A stretch of DNA of 6,256 nucleotides, taken from the IMG/VR virus record IMGVR_UViG_3300020041_000046, positions 1 through 6,256 of that record. One strand, written 5' to 3'. Below the pieces are notes generated by a model. The model did not search any database. It saw only the letters and a program-made list of their open reading frames with translations, and was not told the DNA's origin. Both the position numbers and the translations under genes were made by a program. Positions 1 through 4,060 of this stretch are shown here, one piece after another. The first letter of the stretch is position 1. Every line of letters begins with the position of its first letter. The stretch comes from a virus.

Positions 1-121
1 CGCACTAGTCACCGTAAAATGAGCGTTAAAACAAAGCAAATGCTCAAGAAAACGCATAAGAGAATGGTTCATAATCCAATAGCATTAAGAACGTAACCAA
101 GAGCGGCAGATACGGCGCCAA
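1..121. repeat. Terminal redundancy copy A, identical to 6136-6256. It is an artefact or signature of a circular genome linearised with overlap. It carries the first 24 codons of the M15 peptidase gene (72->1, minus strand) and the 3' part of the 27-aa peptide gene.
   Basis: Base-by-base comparison by eye found 1-121 equal to 6136-6256 with no mismatch. It is a direct repeat, not inverted. The reading frame of the 5899-6207 ORF continues seamlessly across the implied junction. Confidence 0.97.
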
Positions 122-152
122 TAATAATTTTCCAAATATTATTACTTTTCAT
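69..152 (-). CDS. Hypothetical 27-aa single-pass membrane peptide (MKSNNIWKIIIGAVSAALGYVLNAIGL), a holin-like or membrane-anchor candidate
   Basis: This is the 3' part of track ORF 69..293, starting at the internal ATG at 152-150. That ATG overlaps the stop of orf64 (ATGAAAAGTAA). Its own TGA overlaps the peptidase ATG (ATGA at 72-69). It has a Lys-containing N-terminus followed by about 20 uninterrupted hydrophobic or small residues. The stretch 73-141 is covered by no other ORF. The peptide is very short, so coding status is not certain. Confidence 0.4.
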   Translation of the reverse strand: MKSNNIWKIIIGAVSAALGYVLNAIGL

Positions 153-336
153 CAGATTGAGATTTAAGTTCAACGAAATTATTTTCTTCTTTAATTGAAT
201 CCACAATAACAATAAGACCCAACGGAGAGACTCGCTCAGAATAATTTCCAAGACCATCCAGAGAATTGACAATATAAGGCGGCATAACATCACGACCAGT
301 TTGTTTTTCCTTAAGGGAAATAATAAATTTCAACAT
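142..336 (-). CDS. Hypothetical 64-aa protein, the first gene after the intergenic region
   Basis: It has an ATG start at 336-334 and a TAA stop at 144-142. Composition is balanced and charged (K/E/D/S/G/P), unlike the Leu/Ile-rich off-frame ORFs. It sits at the head of the co-oriented gene string and its stop overlaps the next start. I recognise no family motif. Confidence 0.55.
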   Translation of the reverse strand: MLKFIISLKEKQTGRDVMPPYIVNSLDGLGNYSERVSPLGLIVIVDSIKEENNFVELKSQSDEK

Positions 337-360
337 AATTATAAATTTTAAATGTTAATA

Positions 361-389
361 ATTTAATGAGTTGGTTTCTACAGGGGCAA
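361..389 (-). promoter_or_regulatory. Weak sigma70-like promoter candidate for the gene string: TTGCCC, 17 nt, TTAAAT on the minus strand
   Basis: The minus strand reads TTGCCC (389-384), then a 17-nt spacer, then TTAAAT (366-361), about 25 nt upstream of the orf64 ATG. It lies in a roughly 27% G+C tract (hand count, 337-470). Both hexamers are imperfect, and the host may not use sigma70-type consensus. Confidence 0.2.
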
Positions 390-483
390 AAGAAGACATT
401 ATTTTTGAATAAACAAAATATTTCGGAGTTTTTTTTATTCTACAGTTGGGTGTGAGTTGTGCGTTTATGGACAAGGAAAACCG

Positions 484-506
484 AATTTGAGATGATAACT
501 CAAATT
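484..506. repeat. Perfect 8-bp inverted repeat (hairpin) AATTTGAG / CTCAAATT with a 7-nt loop
   Basis: 484-491 aatttgag is the reverse complement of 499-506 ctcaaatt. The loop is atgataa (492-498). Confidence 0.6.
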
Positions 507-572
507 TCCTCCGGACACAACCAGGGGCTTCGCTTAATTAACAAGTGGATGTATACAAAGGTGTATAGGCAC

Positions 573-594
573 GGCAGGTCAGATAGAACCTGCC
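573..594. repeat. 7-bp GC-rich inverted repeat (hairpin) GGCAGGT / ACCTGCC with an 8-nt loop
   Basis: 573-579 ggcaggt pairs with 588-594 acctgcc. The loop is cagataga. TTT follows on the plus strand. Confidence 0.55.
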
Positions 595-610
595 TTTGCG
601 CACCTACGTG

Positions 611-665
611 CTAAAATACCGGAGCGGAACGCTCCTATAAGGAAGTCGCTCCGCTCCGTTTTTCG
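611..665. terminator. Intrinsic-terminator-like hairpin flanked by an A-tract and a T-tract, so possibly bidirectional. It lies downstream of VP2 in viral sense.
   Basis: The 9-bp stem is cggagcgga (620-628) paired with tccgctccg (650-658), with a 21-nt loop. On the plus strand it is preceded by aaaata and followed by ttttt. On the minus strand the same hairpin is followed by GTATTTTAG. It lies about 120 nt past the VP2 stop. Competing small hairpins exist (see findings). Confidence 0.4.
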
Positions 666-681
666 ATCAGGCCTTACGCAG

Positions 682-710
682 GCGGCGGGTGTATATCGCT
701 CAAACGCCGC
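682..710. repeat. 6-bp all-GC inverted repeat GCGGCG / CGCCGC with a 17-nt loop
   Basis: 682-687 gcggcg pairs with 705-710 cgccgc. An outer weak pairing of 669-673 with 715-719 is possible if a G-T wobble is allowed, and TTTT follows. Confidence 0.45.
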
Positions 711-779
711 GATGGGCTTTTAGTTTACCTACCGCTATAGATTATAGTATTACGAGAACCATAATCGTTACGATAGATA

Positions 780-1847
780 TTAGAAACCAGAACGAAAAGA
801 GCCAATTACATTACCAGAGCCAGAAGCAATAGAACCAAGACCACGGGATACAGATTCCCAATAATGAGTACGGCCTTGTTTACGAGCCAAATCGGCACCA
901 TATTCATATAACTTTTGCCGAGCCTTAGCGGTATTATACTGAATATGCTTACGTAATTTAACGTTAGCGGAATCATAAGACACATCACGATACTGTAACT
1001 GATAAGCAGCATTCGAAGCCTTAATCAAAGATTCAGAAGTACGCTCAGCAATTTCATTAGAAATCTTTTGACCAGAAGACTGAGCAGCAATTAGGATAGC
1101 ACGCTGAATTTCGGCCTGAATTTGTTTCTCCGTAAGAGCACCGTTTAATTGAAGGTTTACCAAGGTCTGACCTTTTATAAATAAGTCAGACTGTTGCTGT
1201 GTATCAAGATAACGGTTTAACGTACGTTGAGCATCAGAGTTCAAAAGAATCTGAGTCTCCTGAGCAGCAGATAGACGTTCAGCAAACCGAAGATTTTTCA
1301 ATTCTTGAGCCTCTGTAGACTGGTCCAAAGAAGCAGAGATACGACCAGTCTCCTTATTCCAATAACCAGACTCACCGATAGCCAAATTCTTCCAATTTGT
1401 CAGACCTTTATAATAATCAGCAATTTGAGGAGTAATAGCATCAATATTATTAGATTCTGATTGCGCCTTTTTCGCTTGAGCAAGGGAAGCCAAACTATTA
1501 AAGACATTAGAAAAATTAGGCCTAAAAGCCTGCATAGATGGAACTGGAGCGGCAGTAGCGGCAGCACCGCCAGAGGCGGGAGACTTAGAGCCAGCCATGG
1601 CAGCAGAACCATTTAAAAATGGATTCAAACCACGAGAAATCATAGCATCCGGAGAATTAAAGGCATTATTCATATTCCACATTCTCTCTTGCCAGTCACG
1701 CTGAAGCTTAGCTTGCTCGGCATTAAACGAATTTTGTTCACGCATCATACGGAGGTTAACCTTATTCTGATGATTTTGATTAATCGCGCCTATCACATTG
1801 TCGGTAAGATTACCGACAGTGGAGGCGATAGCATCGAATAGACCCAT
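780..1847 (-). CDS. VP2: Microviridae VP2-type minor capsid / DNA pilot protein (355 aa)
   Basis: It has an ATG at 1847-1845 and a TAA at 782-780. The N-terminal block ...NLRMMREQNSFNAEQAKLQRDWQERMWNMNNAFNSPDAMISRGLNPF... matches the conserved REQxxFNxxExxKxRxWxxxMxNxxxNSPxxxxxRxxxAGLNP-type signature I recall for gokusho/alpavirus VP2. Next come a Gly/Ala/Ser linker and a long Gln/Leu-rich region that is probably coiled coil. Its position after the capsid and scaffold-position genes fits. The start overlaps the upstream stop (TAATG). Confidence 0.85.
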   Translation of the reverse strand: MGLFDAIASTVGNLTDNVIGAINQNHQNKVNLRMMREQNSFNAEQAKLQRDWQERMWNMNNAFNSPDAMISRGLNPFLNGSAAMAGSKSPASGGAAATAAPVPSMQAFRPNFSNVFNSLASLAQAKKAQSESNNIDAITPQIADYYKGLTNWKNLAIGESGYWNKETGRISASLDQSTEAQELKNLRFAERLSAAQETQILLNSDAQRTLNRYLDTQQQSDLFIKGQTLVNLQLNGALTEKQIQAEIQRAILIAAQSSGQKISNEIAERTSESLIKASNAAYQLQYRDVSYDSANVKLRKHIQYNTAKARQKLYEYGADLARKQGRTHYWESVSRGLGSIASGSGNVIGSFRSGF

Positions 1848-2290
1848 TAAGCACTAGGTGCAGGGGCGGACGCATCAGGAGCGGGCTCTGCACTTGGCTC
1901 TGCCAACATAGATTCAGCGAACTTGGATAATTCAGAATATTGAGACGCCAATTCAGACAGTACGACTTGACGTTCGGACATTGTCTGACAATGGCGAGAG
2001 ATAACGCACGCAAAACGCTCTTCGTCCGTCAAACCATCCATAAAGGTAGATTGCGTAGGATGCATCTGCGCCAATATATTATTAACATTCATGTCACCAA
2101 GCAGACGACGGTACTTTTCCTGATTCAAAAGAATCTGTGTCATATCGCATTGAATCAGATCACCGTCAGGAGTCTCATCATACATAACCGAATCATAAAC
2201 AGAAGCCTGATAACACGGATTACCTTCCTTCAACTCAGGAACATACGAATTCTTTTCAAAATTCTCATTTTTATAAGCAAAACTTCTCAT
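1847..2290 (-). CDS. Hypothetical protein in the position of the internal scaffolding protein (VP3-like), 147 aa from the ATG
   Basis: The track ORF 1847..2299 begins with TTG at 2299-2297 (rc of caa). The first ATG is at 2290-2288 (MRSFAYKNENF...), which I prefer. The protein is acidic with a Pro/Ala/Ser-rich C-terminal tail (AEPSAEPAPDASAPAPSA). Its size and its location between VP1 and VP2 match the roughly 150-aa VP3 of gokushoviruses, but I see no diagnostic motif. Confidence 0.7.
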   Translation of the reverse strand: MRSFAYKNENFEKNSYVPELKEGNPCYQASVYDSVMYDETPDGDLIQCDMTQILLNQEKYRRLLGDMNVNNILAQMHPTQSTFMDGLTDEERFACVISRHCQTMSERQVVLSELASQYSELSKFAESMLAEPSAEPAPDASAPAPSA

Positions 2291-2301
2291 AACAAACAAA
2301 T

Positions 2302-4044
2302 TTAATAAGGCAAACCATTCCTATCCAAATTCTGAACAGCATAAACTTGAAAATTAACATTACATAACAACTGGTCGTAAGCAACGGAACAATTCGGACC
2401 TGAAACCTGAGGCTCAAAAATAGAGTTCAATTGCTGAGGACGAACTTTCATTGACTGATAAGACCAAGTACCGGAAGAGGTAAGAACGTCCCAGCCATCA
2501 ATAGGAGCAGCCCAAGACTGATACGCCATACCAGAACGGAACGCAGCATGGACAGTATCAATATTAGTCTTCCATTGCCAATACCGAAGATTATAACCAA
2601 GAGCACCAGAAACCTTACGACCAGGATTATTTTGAAGATTCAGACCAAGGACAGGCTGCATACCCAACTGGTCGAACGCAGGTTGGGGGAAGTCAGAAAC
2701 AACCGTAACAGTCAACTGCGGATTCTGGCCGGTCAGATTCCAATCAACCATAGGAACAGCATGATATACACACATAATAACTTGATGTTCAGCGCCACAA
2801 TCATAAGTCAACGTATGACCAGACTGAGAACTTACGCCTTTACCAGCGATTACGGCTTGAGAGTTAGCAGAGTCCAGATTGGTATTCAAGACTTCATTAA
2901 TATTGATCACGTTGGACCAACCACCAATATAATGAGCGTGATTACCCATGTATTCAGGAGCTTTAACGCCAAACTGGGCTGCCATTTGGTCTGAATAGTC
3001 CTTGCTAGAGAATTGAACTACCTCTTTCCAACGCTGGAGATATTCCGTCGCACGGATTGAAAGGGCGGAAAGGTCAGAGTTAATATTCACAAACCGAGAA
3101 GAAGAACCAGCATTAGACGCATAAGAAACAATAGAAGTTGAACCAGAAGGATTGACTAACGAAGAGTTAGAATCCGATGCAGCAGAAGAAACAACAGCCA
3201 TTGCACGATTAGACGGAGCAGAAGGAAGGAAAGTAGACGGTAGCACAGCAACCGAGCCATACTGGCTATTCGGAAGCATACCCATAAAGTAATCTTTCGG
3301 ATAATTAGCATAACGGAGCTGAAGCATCTCAGGGGCGAGGGGCAATTGAGACTTTCCGTCCCAATAATCTACATTATACGCATAAGCCAGATGCTTTTCC
3401 CATTGAGAGTCAGAGAAGAAATCATAATAAATCTTCTGATAAGCCAACAGCGGAAGAAGATTGACAGTCTGACTAGCAGAATAAACCAAAGGATTGAGAG
3501 CATCCTCAAGAGATTGAATTCCCAGATAGGCTTCGGTAATAGCGGCTTTCGCAGTGTTTGAAGGCGCAAGGAAAGAACCATATCCAAGCATGTCTAATAC
3601 CTTAGAAGCGCCATAGAGGTAAGGAAGACCGGCATCGTCAAAGACATCCTTACCATTAATCGCCTGAAGACTCAATGACAACAAGTTCAACGTCGTGTTC
3701 GGTACAGAAGTCAACATCTCGGTGTTAGAGGTATTACTAGCAGCAGAAGTCATATAATCCTGCATTTGAGTAAACGCTTGCGGCAGAGCTCGAGAAATCA
3801 AGCGTAACGGCACAGCGTAAAAGTCGTAGTATTCCTTAATACGGGTATATGCGGCCGTATTAACGGGAACAGTACGGGTAAACCAATCAGAAGAAATACG
3901 ATACTTGTTACCAGGGATAGCAATCTGCCAATAACAAGGAAGGATCTCTCCAACTTTCGCCGTAAACAATTTTTTACTAGACAAGTCAAAGGAGGAGCGA
4001 TGAACGGCAATTTTCGCTCGGTCTAGCGGATTAAAATCACTCAT
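2302..4044 (-). CDS. VP1: Microviridae major capsid protein (F/VP1 family), 580 aa
   Basis: It has an ATG at 4044-4042 and a TAA at 2304-2302. The N-terminus ...HRSSFDLSSKKLFTAKVGEILPCYW...PGNKY...RTVPVNTAAYTRIKEYYDFYAVPLRLI is the hallmark start of Phage_F-type capsid proteins (FDLS, then G-x-L-P, then P-G, then F-F/Y-V-P-x-R-L). It is one of the two largest ORFs in the genome, and its size fits non-phiX microvirus VP1. Confidence 0.95.
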   Translation of the reverse strand: MSDFNPLDRAKIAVHRSSFDLSSKKLFTAKVGEILPCYWQIAIPGNKYRISSDWFTRTVPVNTAAYTRIKEYYDFYAVPLRLISRALPQAFTQMQDYMTSAASNTSNTEMLTSVPNTTLNLLSLSLQAINGKDVFDDAGLPYLYGASKVLDMLGYGSFLAPSNTAKAAITEAYLGIQSLEDALNPLVYSASQTVNLLPLLAYQKIYYDFFSDSQWEKHLAYAYNVDYWDGKSQLPLAPEMLQLRYANYPKDYFMGMLPNSQYGSVAVLPSTFLPSAPSNRAMAVVSSAASDSNSSLVNPSGSTSIVSYASNAGSSSRFVNINSDLSALSIRATEYLQRWKEVVQFSSKDYSDQMAAQFGVKAPEYMGNHAHYIGGWSNVININEVLNTNLDSANSQAVIAGKGVSSQSGHTLTYDCGAEHQVIMCVYHAVPMVDWNLTGQNPQLTVTVVSDFPQPAFDQLGMQPVLGLNLQNNPGRKVSGALGYNLRYWQWKTNIDTVHAAFRSGMAYQSWAAPIDGWDVLTSSGTWSYQSMKVRPQQLNSIFEPQVSGPNCSVAYDQLLCNVNFQVYAVQNLDRNGLPY

Positions 4045-4060
4045 AAATAATTAATATGAA

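Noticed and set aside
69-293. Full-length 74-aa version of the track ORF, which would be a three-TM holin-like protein overprinted on orf64
   Set aside because: The part upstream of 152 is the +1 frame of orf64 and has the same Leu/Ile/Trp-rich look as every other +1-frame ORF in this genome. Only the non-overlapped 3' part (69-152), with its own ATG and coupled junctions, is kept as a candidate. The longer form cannot be excluded without comparative data.
376-445. Direct 8-mer repeats in the intergenic region: TTCTACAG at 376-383 and 438-445, and GGTGTATA at 560-567 and 688-695 (plus GATGTATA at 548-555 and the palindrome TGTATACA at 550-557), as possible iterons
   Set aside because: By a rough pair-count estimate, a repeated 8-mer within a 443-nt region is expected about once by chance. 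There is no regular spacing or higher copy number.
573-594. Possible tRNA T-arm-like hairpin (minus strand GGCAGGTTCTATCTGACCTGCC)
   Set aside because: The loop is 8 nt without the TTCRANY pattern in the right register. No acceptor, D or anticodon arms can be built from flanking sequence, so it is not a tRNA.
596-603. Minus-strand GGTGCGCA(AAG) resembling the XerC arm of E. coli dif (GGTGCGCATAA), a possible dif mimic for XerCD-mediated integration
   Set aside because: Only the 8-mer matches. The expected central region and XerD arm (TTATGTTAAAT) are absent (TCTATCTGACC instead). One exact 8-mer hit on two strands of 6 kb is roughly a 1-in-5 chance event. The E. coli consensus may also be irrelevant to the likely host. 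It is worth a BLAST against host dif regions but is not supported as it stands.
741-746. Perfect TATAAT on the minus strand just after the VP2 stop
   Set aside because: There is no acceptable -35 element at 16-18 nt (AACGAT). It would create a roughly 400-nt leader through terminator-like hairpins. TATAAT is also frequent in AT-rich sequence.
1940-2994. Plus-strand ORFs 1940..2305 (121 aa) and 2548..2994 (148 aa). The same applies to 3346..3561, 4655..4846 and 5651..5878.
   Set aside because: All are antisense to genes with strong family signatures (VP1, VP4, scaffold-position gene). Their products are Ile/Arg/Asn/Leu-rich with no motifs. Microviridae encode all genes on one strand. Long antisense ORFs are a common by-product of codon bias.
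806-4010. Minus-strand hydrophobic ORFs 806..1012, 1400..1612, 1810..2013, 3369..3587 and 3798..4010, embedded in VP2, the scaffold-position gene and VP1
   Set aside because: Each is in the +1 frame of its host gene (checked by coordinate arithmetic) and is dominated by Leu/Ile/Val/Pro. The uniform frame and composition indicate codon-structure artefacts rather than membrane proteins.
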